From: Iphione sp. A-MEVVRFRX5
Lineage: Eukaryota
DNA: 64,000 nucleotides
Direction of reading: 5' to 3'
Assembly: GCA_976226885.1 (NCBI GenBank)
Contig: OZ320316.1
Span: 85,002,001-85,066,000 of the forward strand
This document shows, in pieces, positions 25,990 to 39,530 of the stretch. The notes under the pieces were generated by a model, which was not told the DNA's origin, did no database searches, and saw only the letters and a program-made list of their open reading frames with translations. The translations under genes were made by a program, and so were the position numbers. Position 1 is the stretch's first letter. Every line of letters begins with the position of its first letter.

Positions 25990-26565
25990 TATAAGAGCAT
26001 TGATATGGTCTTGTTTCTCTGGAAAGAGAAAAGACTGGTGATGGTATCGTTCACTATCCATGCAACTGAAACATTAACTGTCGATCGTGTCATGAAATGT
26101 TGTAGGAATAGTAAATTTGAACGTCAGCCGCTTCCTTGCCCTCTAGCAGTAAAGCAACACGATAGAAGTACACGCTGGACAATTAATTTCTTCTGGTACC
26201 TTATAGATGCAATGAAAATCAGCTCTCATCTAATTAGAAATAATGTGTTTGAAAAAAAGATGCCTCTCATGTAGTTCACATTACATGTTGTTGAGTACTT
26301 GCTCCTATGTCCAGACCCAAATATTCTTCCCAGGCAAAGGCAGTGTGGTTCAGCTCATAGGCTGATACACCATTGTATGCCCATACAGATGATAAGAAAG
26401 GACTATTGTCATGTCTGCTACAGGCATGCCAAGGCTGGTCTACAGGAAACAAAAAGCCAAACCAGGTTTGGTTGTGCTGGTTGTGAGAAACATCTTTGCT
26501 TACGAAGATGTTTTACTACATACCACACTATTGAGCTCTTTAACAGACCTGTCGTCCAGCAGTGA
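25990..26565 (+). pseudogene. piggyBac transposase, C-terminal half with cysteine-rich domain, disrupted
   Basis: VLFLWKEKRLVMVSFTIH (W.DKR.V..LST.H motif); PCPLAVKQH; RWTINFFWYLIDAMKISSHLI (KW...FF.L.D...NAY). After a frameshift, CHVC..TRFGCAGCEKHLCLRRCFTTYHT matches the piggyBac C-terminal CRD. Possible right end ..GGG|TTAA at 27000-27004. Confidence 0.85.
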
Positions 26566-29500
26566 ATGATGGAAAACTAAACCCTTTGTACATGCTATGT
26601 TCCTCTGGATATCAGACTACTCTCTGAAAAAAAATAAATTTATATGTAAAATCACTTACTTTTGTTTATTCCACCTCTGTTCTTCTTTAGACATGATATT
26701 TCCACACATATCCAAATATAAATACATATCCAGAGCATGCCATGTGCGTATATTCCATCGTGTAATATGTAATCCACTTGGTAATACCCCGGGATGTATG
26801 AAAAATATGTATGATTACAGTCATATCCATACAGAGATGCAAACAGTAATAATTCCCATCTAAATAATCCTCAATGTCTACAGATGTCACATGTACTCTT
26901 GTGATAGTGAAAACCAGTCTGGTGATGTTTTTTTCCTTGCATAACGCAATAGTAAAGGTTGGGTGATGCCCTCTACAGTGAGGTGCATACCATCATTGGG
27001 TTAATATGTAGATTCTGCGTAGATGCCTCTTCGGAAGGTTTTCGTCTTACATAAACAGTCTATTCGATGATTTTTTTAAAGATGTACACAGCAATAACCC
27101 AGTGTTTTCAGCACTTACAAAGCATCGTTCAGTACCAAAAATAGCTGATCATATCGTATACTCAATTCTGTACTGTAATCATACCAACCAAAGAACGCAA
27201 AGATTTGTTGGAAATAAAGTGTAATTCATGTAATTTTCTCTCATTCGCGGTTCTATCCTGCTCGATTGCAGTTGTCAATTTCAATTCCCTCTTGCTGTTT
27301 TGTTGCCCGTACGTGGAAGATCTGTAAATTACCAGACGAACTCATCAGGGTATACCAAGATAGTTGTGTCACTAATGTGGAAGGAGTATTGACCCACAAA
27401 AGATCCGTGGATTTGCTCTTCCGTAGAGCATGATTTCTTTTTTTCATTATGGTGTCTATCCTCATTCACCAGCCTTCCAATCTGAACCTTCTGGCAATCC
27501 ATATCATCAACTAACCCAGCAAAGAAGGGGTCATGTGAGATGAATGTGCTTGCACTGGCCTAGACAGGTAAGAATATGCCATTAGGAAAATGTGTTAGAT
27601 GAATTTCACCAGTGATTATATTTCCTCGATGTCTGAAAAGGCTTTCATATTAATTTGTCAATGGAATCGAAACTGGTTTCCCTAGAGACATTATCAAATT
27701 TAAATCCCTCCATCTTAAGACCAACTAACCGCGGTTCCCTTGAACCCTTTGCTGCAAAGACTGTCTGGTTGGTACCTAAACGTTTTTTTCGTTTACTTGG
27801 CAAATCCCAAATTATCCTGTCACGAAGCTGTCAACATAATGCTTCCCAATTATGCATGCACGGGACAAGATGCGACGAAACCACAAATGAGGCTGAAAGA
27901 GCAAATGTTTTCATGTCTATTATGAGTTACTGTTTATATTTCGTGGGAATTACATGAGCTAGTCAATGACCATAGAATGTTACATTTTGTTTTTCACTAA
28001 CATTACAATGGGTTTACAGTAGTATTCCAATTTTCAGGAGTATGTTGTAGCATGCCAGTATCTGTCAGCAGTTCCAGGTCCTTTGGATCTGCCGAAAGAG
28101 AGAGAAAAGTATCCAACACGAAGCCAGGGTGGGGAGTGTATACTCATTCATTTAATGAAACAGCGCTCCTTATATACTATTAGAACACGGTTGTCTCAGA
28201 TTCATTAGCTACTACGCAGTCGGGGTCTAAATTCCTGTTTACATCTATTGGTGAGCTGTCTCACATTTCGTGGTAATTTTTTCATCAAATGCAAAACCTA
28301 TAAACAAGACAAAAACATCATGTTGCACTGGGTCCCATTCCAGGTTCGGTTCATAGTTTTTTGAATTCTACTCTGTCATTATGTTGTCTTTCATGAACTT
28401 GTCAGGAATTTGATTTAGACCTATGGTTGAATGAAAGCTTTTGAAATCTAACCACAATAATTACGTTCTTTTTCTTCGGTTCGAACAGTCAATAACAGCA
28501 ATTATTGACACGTTCTCCTTCATTTCCTCATGCACAAGTTTGCCATTGGATTTTGGGTGTTGTTTTCAAGTCTCAAATTCGATTGCACTCTGTACTACCT
28601 CTTCAAACAATCATACGATGCATATTGCTGCGAGTTAAGGCAGCAATGTTGGTATTTATATTCCTTTTCAGCCTTTCCTTCGTTCATTCTGTCGAACGAT
28701 GTCAAACCTTTATCCATTGCTCTGTAAGACACATACCGCTACGCTTGAGATCTACAACCGTACATACGGAAAGTCCAAAGATGATAATGATATGTGTTCC
28801 TAGCGTAAGATATGCTATAACTATTTGAAAGGCATAAATGTTTTATATATGTTGAGGGTAACAAATTGCATTCTTGTAATTACTACGCATAACATTGGCA
28901 GTAGTCAAACATTCGTAGCTGTTCATTATACAGCATATCAATATTGATATCGAGTACGCCGCTTCGAAAGAATAGGTTATTTTTCCTTTTGCTTATTCTG
29001 CTCAATTGCCACTGGAGTGTCAAGCCAGCCATGAGTCTCTTTTTATATAACAGATGTGCACTCAGAAGGACACAGAAAAGAAAGTCGAAAATTTATTTCG
29101 ATGGCAAGACAAGAGGCTAATTGACATAGTTCTCTCACCCATCAGTGGGGAAGTGATTCGGGACTCTGGATACTATGGCTGACATTTAATCACGTTGGAT
29201 GGGCCGTATCGTGCTGTTACACGGCGGGCCAGCCCTGTGTGAAGTTGGCCATTGTGACTAAGTCTTTTCAATCATGGTGCAAAGAGCCATTGAAATAAAG
29301 CATGTGATTGGAGTCTTTCCATGCACAAGGCGTTCATATCAAGCGGCAAAGTGCAGTCATCGCTCAAAGAAGAATGATAATGAAACGAGCCATCAGACAA
29401 TACCGCAGTCCGCACTCGGCAAACGAGTGATAGAAGGCTATTGGGGAAAAAGGATGATTTATTGCATGCTTAGATTGGAGCTGTTGGAGTATAGGAAAAT

Positions 29501-32500
29501 ATATTTTCTTAAATGATTTGGTGAAATGGACTCCAGGAAGCGAATCGCCCTGCCATCAACAGAAGCGACATGCTTTGATATATGAGACTAACGCAACCTC
29601 GGGTACACGAACCGAGGGTGAATAATACGATAATTACTTGCTTAGGAGCGCATAATGTGCAAGGGCATCAAATTTCCCGAAGGACATCTGGATAGAGACT
29701 CAATGAAGTCAACCCAACGGTCTGACACAAACCACATGTTATCACCTTGTCCTAAGGTCCTAGATGTCTCATGAAGAACACTGGTCCAGTAAGGAAGGCG
29801 TATGTAGTAGACGTGTAAAGCTTAGCTCTTGATGGCCCTTATTGAACATGCGATTTTTTTTTTATGGCGACAGAGTGAAAATATTTATAACCAACTAACC
29901 TTTTCCTTCATCAGAGAAGTCTTTTGTTACAGGATCCACATAAAATTGCTCATGCAGAAGGAAAAGGTTAGAGAGTAAATTGTGAAGGGAAGTGAGATGT
30001 GTTAAACACCAAATTTGAATTCGACTGTCGATATTGCAACTCACAGGGCCTTTTTGGAGTCTCGCTCAATCAAGTACAATGTGATACATTTCCACACCAT
30101 TTCTACTACATTTCAGCTACTGTGGACACCCGGACACCCCTTCCTGTGGACACAATCATCATAGTCCACACTGGTGAGGTTCCAGTGTAAACTCAGTCAC
30201 AGAAGACCATGTGGTACAGATCAAAACTGTTGCCATTAGATCAATCAACCACAGGAGTAGATTCCAAATATACGGAGTTACTGATTTAAGTATGTCATTT
30301 TTAAATGACGACGATCCACTGACAGTGCAGTCATACAATGTGTGATTTTAGTACCATTTTCATATGATATTATCCATACGACGTTATCAGTGAAGTATTT
30401 TATAATTTTGAAAAAAAAGAATCAAAATATAAAACTTTAGACAAGATAATTTGCCTGTGCTTGCATGTCATAGTTTCCCCAACAATGGAAACGAACACGA
30501 TTTACAAAGAGGATCGTGGCATTCCGCATATCAGAGAGGTTTTCCCCTCTTCAATTTGTTTGGCAAGAATATTGAATTACCTGACTGAAAAATGTTTTAA
30601 GCAAGATCTGATCGGACCGTTTCTGAAAACCCGATGCCTGTAGTTCCACTAGAGTAACCTTTCTCTTAACTGACTGCTCATTTTAAATCACTAAAGTAGC
30701 GCCCTGAATATATAAATATATTATGTATAAAAATTATATTCTATGGTTATATATTCTTACGTGGTTGTCCACTACCAAGACTCATGACTCAGATTTATAC
30801 AATGCTGCCTGAAGGTTTTTTTTTCTAACCTAATCAATATATTCTAGGAATGTTTCATTCGAATGTTGCCTGAATGTTATGATTTGAACTTTATACAATC
30901 CTTTGAACCAAACCACAACATTGCCTGAATGTTGAATTTTTAATGTTAGCTAAAGGTTATGATTTAGTGTTTGTACAACATTATATGATTTTCTCTAACC
31001 TAACTAGACCATATTTCTGAAGAAAGCACTGTAGATATGCTTTGGGTCATCATCAAGGTGGTGCTTTTTCCAATCATCAGTATGAAACACGTTTGGGGGG
31101 TACCCTTTATTACTCCTATATATACATATAGGCCCCTAACATATCATCTACATGGGATATCCCTCTTGTTATCTCCGCAATTTGTGCAAAAAGATGTTAA
31201 AGGTGAGGATGCTTATATGTAGAAAGAGAACATAAGCACAGCGGAGGACCACCAGGTGGTGACTGGCTGTATAGTCATCGCTCGCGTTCCATCGTTACCA
31301 AGCTAGCGCAACTCCGTTAAGAATTCTCCTTAATTATCCAATTAGCGGAAATCCAGCCGAGCCATAGTCGGTTGTTCGGCCCGTCCCAAGCCTACGCCAA
31401 ACGGTCCCAATTATGACGGAACGACAAAGGCAAACCCTGACAGGAAGCAGACATGGCACATGCGTACGACCAGACCGCCATTAGGACGCATTTCATTTCC
31501 GCTGGTTATCACCTCGAAGCGCGCACCCGTAGCATATCTGACGGCTATCACTCGTGAAGAAGAAGTCGGGCTGCGGCCGAGTCTGCTCTAATTGTCCATG
31601 GGTTTATTAGCACCATTTATTAAAATACTTAATTAAATTTCCGGCCTGGAAAGGAAAAGGAGGCTACGGGTTCTTGTATTCATTACTGACATGATGAAAT
31701 GCTTTGAGGATGTGTCAATAGATGGATACCTCTCTGGAAGTGAAATTTCAGATTTTAGGTAGAAAATGTAGTATCTACAATGTCAACTAAAGCAGTTCCA
31801 AAAGAATCGCCTTGCGTTGCTTCGTGTACGATCATTTCAAAACAGACTGTAAAACAAGGGAAACGTATAGTCGACCTACTTCTCCTTCTTGCCCTTGGGC
31901 GGTATTCTTTGGTTTTCTTTCGCTGCGTACACTCCCAGATTGGCTAGCACCTCTAGCACAGACCCAGTTCCCATGGTCAGAAAAGGGAACCTAGGAGGGT
32001 GAATTGTAACCCCCAATTCTTTGAATTGTCAGTCGGGTCGCACCAGCGGATGCATCGGCAACAACAAAAGCGGAAATAGATTCACAGCAGCCTCCGTCGG
32101 CCTCTGCCCTCAATAGTCACTCGGTGGCGCCCTGCCACAGCAGGAATCTACTAAATAAAACATCTTCCGCTGTAAAGGTCGTGAATTTGTCAAAGGGCCG
32201 AGCGCGTCAAGTCTGGACATCTAATTGGACGACCCCAGCAGCCAGCCAGGCCACTGATGGCCTGTCATATCTGTTTCTGTAATGGATGTGCTGTTTCCCT
32301 ATCTGTGGGACACAGGAAGTGGCATCCAACATTGTGTCCACGAGTCCCGGCCCCACCGTGCCGAACGCTTGTCATGGAGAGGGGCCACACCTGAGGGGCA
32401 GAGTGATGGAGCAGGGGCTAGCTTGGGTGGTAGGATGTACGGCGTAGAGCATGCAGCTGAAAGGTCCCTTGTACCTCTGACGACCTATACACCACAGCCT

Positions 32501-32901
32501 GAGCACAACCTTTTCCACTGATCCTCCGCGGCAGACCATCGTGTTCGAAGTGGGAAAGGGTGATTAGCGGTGTAATCCACTCACTTGGGCTTCAGACTCT
32601 TCTATAGGCAGACTCTTCTGATTACATTTTCAACATCTTAGTGCCAAAATATCTACCTTGCGTGTGGGAGAAAAGTGATGTTCCGAAGATAAAGGTTTCA
32701 TAAAACGAAGTTAGAGTTGTAATGCTCTTCCAACATACTTGCACAACTAATATGTGCATCGATATTACAATTATCATAGATAACACTTGTATGTTTGGAA
32801 GATGTGTACTGTACAAACAGATAGGACATGGTTTTTTTATAATAGGGAACTAGGGAGGCACAACTCCGCCTAGAGATTTTGACAGGTAGAATGATAATTA
32901 A

Positions 32902-33850
32902 GGCCCAGTTTCCATCAAGCCTGGAGCATCCGTGTGCATGACCATGCATATGTGTGCATGTTTTATGAGGAAAGGCTTAACCACAGAGAGATTTCCCTAT
33001 GTGCATAACCATACATGGTGTGTGACCATGCTTACAGCCTGCATCAGCTGTTTTTGGTACATGCCAAATAATTTTCCACATAAATAAGCTCACACAAGGT
33101 CATTCACAGACATATCTTCAGACTTCTTCACGTTTCTTCACATTTCTCCACTTTTCAACATGATTTATACATACAGTAGCATCCCTGCCTGCGGACGCGT
33201 CTCCAATGCGGACGCGTCTACAATGCGGACGCGTCTACAATGCGGACGATTTGACGCAGAACGAACTCTTTTCCCATAGTTAAGCATTATGAGTTGACGT
33301 CTCCAATGCGGACGCTAAAAATCGGGGGGCGCCTCCCTGCGGACAGCAGGTGTTGCGCAACAATTCTTAAAAAATACTGCTAAAATCACTTCAAACGGGG
33401 GCGGACGGACCCCCAGAAGCCCCCGATGTCGCTGTTCCTTTGATTTTCACCTAGCCAGGGTGGTGGGAGAGGTAGGGGGCGTCAATTGCGACTTCTCTGA
33501 TTTCCTCTCACCCTGGAGAGGGTGGTGGGAGAGGTAGGGGGTGTCAACCGCGACTTCTCTGATGTCCCTAACCCCCTGGAGAGGGAGGTGGGAGAGGTAG
33601 GGAGTGTCAATGGCAACCTCTCTGATGTCTCTCACACCCTGGAGGGACTGTATCTCACACCTCTATTAGTCATCAAATTCAGCACTTTTTGGACTTAAAG
33701 TCATCAAATTCAGCACTTTTTGGACTTTTAGTCATCAAATTCAGCACTTTTTGGACTTTTAGTCATCAAATTCAGCACTTTTTGGACGTTTCAGAGAGTT
33801 GTTACTAAATTAAATCCTGTCTTGTATTTGGTATGTACATATCAGTTGTA

Positions 33851-33904
<54 letters not shown>

Positions 33905-34345
33905 GATATCATTTTCTAGGTTGACTCCGTCTCCAATGCGGACGCCTCTCAAATGCGGACAGTTTGGGGGAGAACAGAGGGTGTCCGGAATCGAGGGAGT
34001 CTACTGTAGTTATACACATTTATGCACAACTTGGTCTTTTCTGGAATTTTTCTTATCATCTTTTATGCTTGTAGCCCTACTTTCCATGACAAAATGAAAT
34101 CCATTCAGGGGGATTTTGGGGGGCCAACTTTCCATGAAAAAAGCCTTTTCGGCGTACTTTCCATTAAAAACGCTTTTGTGGGTGTTTTTTTTGCTGTTTC
34201 TGTACTTTTCCATTTAATTCATGCACTAGTCTGCCCTGATCTGCACTGATCTACAGAGGACACTCCTGTGCGTGGCCTCTGCATAGTCATGGAAAAGATA
34301 CACATACATGTTTATGCATGTTTCCAGACTTTTGGAAACTTGGTC
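32902..34345 (+). mobile_element. PIF/Harbinger-like MITE family B, interrupted by a nested pogo-like element
   Basis: TAA|GGCCCAGTTTCCA ... TGGAAACTTGGTC|TTA. Interior motif GGACACTCCTGTGCG is shared with the copies at 16.6 kb and 62.1 kb. Confidence 0.7.
33174..34006 (+). mobile_element. pogo/Tigger-like non-autonomous element carrying four tandem-repeat arrays
   Basis: TA|CAGTAGCATCCCTGCCTGCGGAC ... GTCCGGAATCGAGGGAGTCTACTG|TA. 17-bp unit x3-4 (33188-33248), 62-63-bp unit x~3 (33455-33645), 31-bp unit x4 (33669-33789), (GA)n 33855-33900. Confidence 0.9.
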
Positions 34346-34996
34346 TTATTCAGCAGTTTCTGCAGTCAACTGGAGTGACATTTCGCTAGCATGAGTACAA
34401 ATTAAGATTATAAACATTATGTTTGTTGGCTATTTGACGTATTTTATCTACGTCACATGCACTGATGGAAAATTCAATGGAAAGATAGAAATTCTTCATA
34501 GTGACGTTGTTCTAACCGATGGAGTGGCTACAAAGAAAGTAGGATACAATATCACTACTACTCATGGTTAGCATAAGTATATCAGACATCTACGATAAAC
34601 ATATTTCTAACGATGTCCATAGATGCGGCTATATTCAGGCTTCGAAAATAGAACCTCTTTTTATACATTTCGATGATATATACGAGAGATTCTACTTTAC
34701 TTCAAAGGAAATAGTTTTGTAGAAGAATCTTTAGACCTATCATGCAGGCGTTCCTAAACAATGAATGAAACAATCTTCCAGTTGCAGAGTCAATGTTCAA
34801 GACAGTTTATTGAAAATTTATGACATATTCTATCCGTTAGAGGTAGCTAAGAGAAATTATCAAGTGTGCTATCTTAATACCTTTTATCAGGTAAGAACAT
34901 GTACGCCACAGGTGTCTTACTAGCTAGACTATACATATAGTCGGGTAGATACTACAATGTATTTTTTTTACCCCCAAGGGTCAGTGATATTGTTGA

Positions 34997-35320
34997 GGCA
35001 AAAAAATAGGTGTGTTTCTGGTTACCCACCCCTACCACCTCACCCTACCTAAAAACTTTTTGGCCCCAAAGAGTTTCCAAGGCTGAATTTTCTTAGATAT
35101 GTGTTTTCATAGCACATGTTTTTGGTAAATTCAGTAGAAAAACAACAAATCCATGGAAATTCAGTACAAAAACTGTAAAACCCATGCAAATGGGTCAAGA
35201 TTCTTCATATTGTCTTTATTCTTGAAAATGAGAGGAAGAAAGTGGAAAACAGATTTTAAAAAAAGACCTTCCCCACCTAGGTTTTTGGCTGGTCATAACC
35301 CCACAGCTATTTTTTGGGCC
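34997..35320 (-). mobile_element. PIF/Harbinger-like MITE, family A
   Basis: Reverse-complement homolog of 7226-7575, sharing CAGCCTTGGAAACTCTTTGGG and CCATGGATTT..TTGTTTTTCTACTGAAT; flanks tga/tta. Confidence 0.85.
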
Positions 35321-38300
35321 TTATCATAACAATCCAAGTTACATGTAATTAGTGTCTTACTTCCGCCGGAATTTCCTAATAGTAATAACCCCAAAAGGAA
35401 AACACTGCTTTCAATCGAAGTTGATTCTTATCTCCTCTCATGTTGACCATCACGCTTGGTCCTGCTAGTCATTGTTGAAGACACTCGTTTTGTTCATGTG
35501 CACTATGAAATCAATTGTCATTATTACATTTAGCATAAATACAAACCTTTACCATATACAAGATTTGAAAGAATGAATTTATTTGGTCTTTGATTGCGCC
35601 GTCATGTTTCAATACAAAATTTCCAGATATGATTACATCAGGTCAGCTAGATGTCGTGCACGTATGATGGAATGATTTAACTAAACAATTTTTAGCTTTC
35701 CGCCGATCAGTCCTAGTGGTAATAGCCTAACTGTGTCAAAGTAGCAAACATAAACATATCCTTTTCATTCTCTCACAAATAGTGCCTTATCACCTTTGAG
35801 CTCAAAACCGATGAGCTTCCTTCCTCAGTATTCTTTGCCAAGTGCCTACTATATTGTGTACCCAACAGTTCCCGCCCTTTAAGGAGAGCCTTTATCAGGT
35901 TTCTGCCACTGGAAGCCAAAACCATTAACACACTTTACAGTCTGGACCGTTTTAGATCTCTCGCATCTTTGTAGTTCCCCGTGGCATTTCCATATGATCA
36001 AGGAGGATGTATTCCAAGTGTATTTTTCGAGTTGTACGTAAATGGAGACTAGCAATACGACTTCAGATATGATTACGTGGAAAAGATTTTAATTCTTTTT
36101 AAAAAACAAACATTTACTTATCAAGAAGAGGAATGCCATGTCATTTATATATCATTGTCAATGTTAACGACACCTTAATACTCGAGCTACTGTCGAAATC
36201 ATTAGCAGAACATGAATTTTGATCGTACCTCAGATGAAAGATTTAAGGTAATAAGAATAAAGTAGTCTTTGTCTATTACATTTCCTGTCCTTCTTCTTTT
36301 TGGTGCTATTTTCCTACCATATTATACTTGAGTCTAGATGTTCGATGGTAATGAAAAGGAAAACACGCGGGCTAACCTCGGGAAAACACATTACACTCAG
36401 TCAACTGACTTTCAATCACTTCCAGCCCCTGAAACACGCCACATTTCCATATACTACTGACACGGCATGGCGTCGAGAGGTGTGATGGGGCATGTAGTGC
36501 CCCGAAGTTGATGACGGGGGCTGATCCGTTCGCTACTCGTAACTGAAGCAGTCGCAGGTCTGCAGGATGACATAGATCAGCATGATGGAGGCCACTTTGT
36601 CATGCCTCCCTTCGCCACTGCGAAATGACAAGTAGGCAGGCAAGGATCTACGCTGGCTTTGTGCTGCGTTGCCGGAGGTAGTCGTGCAGCCGGCCGGTGC
36701 TGGCCTCTGGCGGTGCTTGTCCATGCACCCGTCAACCCACGAAGAAGGCGTAATTTACGAGTTAAGCTTGTTGCATGAGATGGTGACAGACGTCCACTTG
36801 AGGTTTAGTACAACGCATTGTGAGGGTCATCAGGCCTCAGCTGGGACGCCTCAGCATAGCTGTGTCTCATCAACGTTCTATTGCCGAAGTGTATACTATC
36901 TGGAAAAGTCCACATAAGGTGTACGATGCGGTGCGTGTCTGTGTGCAAATGTCTTTGATGATCGCATCCTGTAAGAATTCTGCTTTATTTCCTTACCTTT
37001 GATCGCACCGCATTGATTGTACTCTTATCAACTTTTCAAAGGAGACTATTAAATTCGAGATTGCGAAGCAAAATAGGAATTTCAATAATTAAACTTTTAA
37101 AAAGCAAACATAGTTTGCTTTTTAAAATGATAAATAAACCACCTCAAAGGAAATATCGCTTATCCATGTAACTGAGTACCACCAAAAACGTGTCAAAAGA
37201 CAAGGTTATGGGAGTTTTCTAGCGCAGGTGCAGGTTTGAAATGATTGCCTCGCCTTGCAAGGGGATAGGAGAGCGTCTCCCATCCATCGGTAGTGAGCTC
37301 TGCCTTTCAGTGTAAACAGGCTCAACGGCCCCCACGGCCCTTTTCGGGTAGGCATTGGCCCTGTTCGGAATGTTCCCCGCGGGTTAAGCAGACCATAGCG
37401 GAGACAGTTACCCTGACGTAATTGGGTTGACAGCTTTCCGGTCTGCTCCGCCTCGCCATTGCCTCAGTGCTCCTTCGAAACATGATTTCTTCATCAAAGA
37501 GGATGTAAAATTGATGGCAATCTAAGTAAAGTGGGAAGACTTCGTCTTTGTTCACTTCTCAGTTTGTCCATTGTAATTAGCAAGTCCGGTCTGTGACAAG
37601 CACCGCAATGGTGTTCTTAAGTGTCCTCCTTTTGGGAACTTTTAGAATCACCATCTCCTCAGGGAAGAAGATTTTCATCGTCATATTACAGAGGAGTGAC
37701 TCGATGTTTTCTCCGTTTTATTAAATTCGTGGCAAGTAATTGGTGTAAATTCTCCAGAAATAAAGACAGCCGACTAAAATGAAGGTGCCACTTGAAGATC
37801 CATGCATTCTCACCTCATAAAAAATAACTACACCGAAGATACGCCTCTTTTGAGTATATTTCTTGAGGACCTCAAGGACAATATACTACATTCTCCATAA
37901 GTCAGCAAAAACTAATGTTCTAACTTTTCCGTTATTCTAACTGTGCCAACCTAAGAAATCTACTTAGCGCCTTGCTTGATTTTCTTTAATGTATCTGCAA
38001 AATGGACTCCCAGTTTTCCATTACGCGGCTCTGTTTAGCTCTGGAACAGCTTGAAGCAAAGTTGATCACAATACAGAATATATCCAGGGAGGTTCTCACA
38101 TATTCCCCGAACAGAATCGTCTATCCCTGCCCCATGCATTCGTATGACGATGTTGAGGTAATAGAAGTAATGATTCCATTATTCATGCTAGGCACTGCAA
38201 ACAATCGCAAAATTGTTGCGGGGCAATATTCTCTGTACAGGTTACCATTAAACCCGTATTCGGTCCACTCGCATACACGATCGCGGCCACTTTCCGTATT

Positions 38301-39192
38301 CATTGTTCTGATCTGCCATGGCCCCAGGCTCAGTCAGACTCTGGAGATCATCTATTTTAATCATGATCAATTCACTGACGTCCGCCTGTCATGGCCTCTC
38401 GCAATTGTGCTGGAATTTCTATACGGCATATTCGCGTACTGTCATTCCGGTTCACGCATAGCATTTGGTGGCTGAGACTCCCGAGAGGCCTGGGTGTTGG
38501 ATGAGGCGAAGCAACTTTTTTTTTCTCTTCATAGTTTTGAATCCGTCTGGAGAGAGACATGTCGGCCTGAGAGGCAATATCACCAGGCATTGTGGTGGAT
38601 AGAGAGAGCTCGTTGGCAGGTTGTTAGCACAACACACACGCTTTGAAAACGTCGACCATGGAGCCATGTTCGTCTCGTGCGGAAAGGGATGGATTCGTTC
38701 AGCGCTGCTAATATTGTTCTTGTATTTTACAACCGTGCAAGCACATAAAACTCGGCGTTGCTCTCCGTGGTTCTTACGGTACGCAATGCCAGTGACATAT
38801 TTCTATTGTTTAAGGTACGCGGCAATACACTTGCCTCAGGAATACAGATAACAACAATTCAGGAAAACTCATAACCTGTACATATTCTTTCCTCCCGCCC
38901 TCCCCAAAATTTTATCATTTTAGGCAAATTTTATAAAGAAAGACAAAGGGAGGAACAGAGAAGGCAGAACGTTAGGTGATTTACCCGTTTGACAATAACC
39001 ATATTTTTGTAGCAAATCTTTTCTAACCATAACATTGTCTTCTACGTCAGGCACAGTTCATACGAGATCGCGTGAAATCTGCCATGCAGCCCTGTATAAG
39101 AAAATTCCTTTACATATGTAAAGTGTTTCTCTCCTCCTCCTCCTAGCAGCATTGTGCGATGTTGTGTGAATTCTTTTACGATTTTACCCTTT

Positions 39193-39530
39193 GGCCTAAA
39201 AAAAAAGTTCTGTGTTTCCGGTAACAAGCTGAAAAAATACAGGGTCGGTCGGTGGGCCACATTTTTTTTATTTTCTTTTTTTTCTCAATGTAAAAAGATC
39301 CTGAAAACAACAGATGTGTATGGTAATACTACTTATTCTAGATAGATTTTAATAAAACTAATACCAAATGAAAGCCAGTAAGCTAAGGAACAATTTGGTG
39401 TATAACACATGTCTCTATCATAATTCATTCTAAAGTTATTCAAAAAACAAGAAAAAAATAAAAAGTCACAATAGTCTGTATTACAGGGTCGGTCGGGTTA
39501 CCGGAAACACAGATATTTTTTGTTTAGGCC
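39193..39530. mobile_element. PIF/Harbinger-like MITE related to family A
   Basis: TIR GGCCTAAAAAAAAAGTTCTGTGTTTCCGGTAAC / GTTACCGGAAACACAGATATTTTTTGTTTAGGCC; internal direct repeat ACAGGGTCGGTCGG. Confidence 0.8.

Noticed and set aside
24188-27004. Full-length piggyBac bounded by TTAA-CCC (24188) and GGG-TTAA (27004)
   Set aside because: The putative TIRs match only over 3 bp.
33669-33789. Regular 31-bp repeats superficially like a CRISPR array
   Set aside because: Head-to-tail with no unique spacers, in eukaryotic context, inside a TIR element.
38002-38475. 157-aa ATG-initiated ORF
   Set aside because: No motif, no splice support and no obvious codon bias; the length is within chance expectation for 64 kb.
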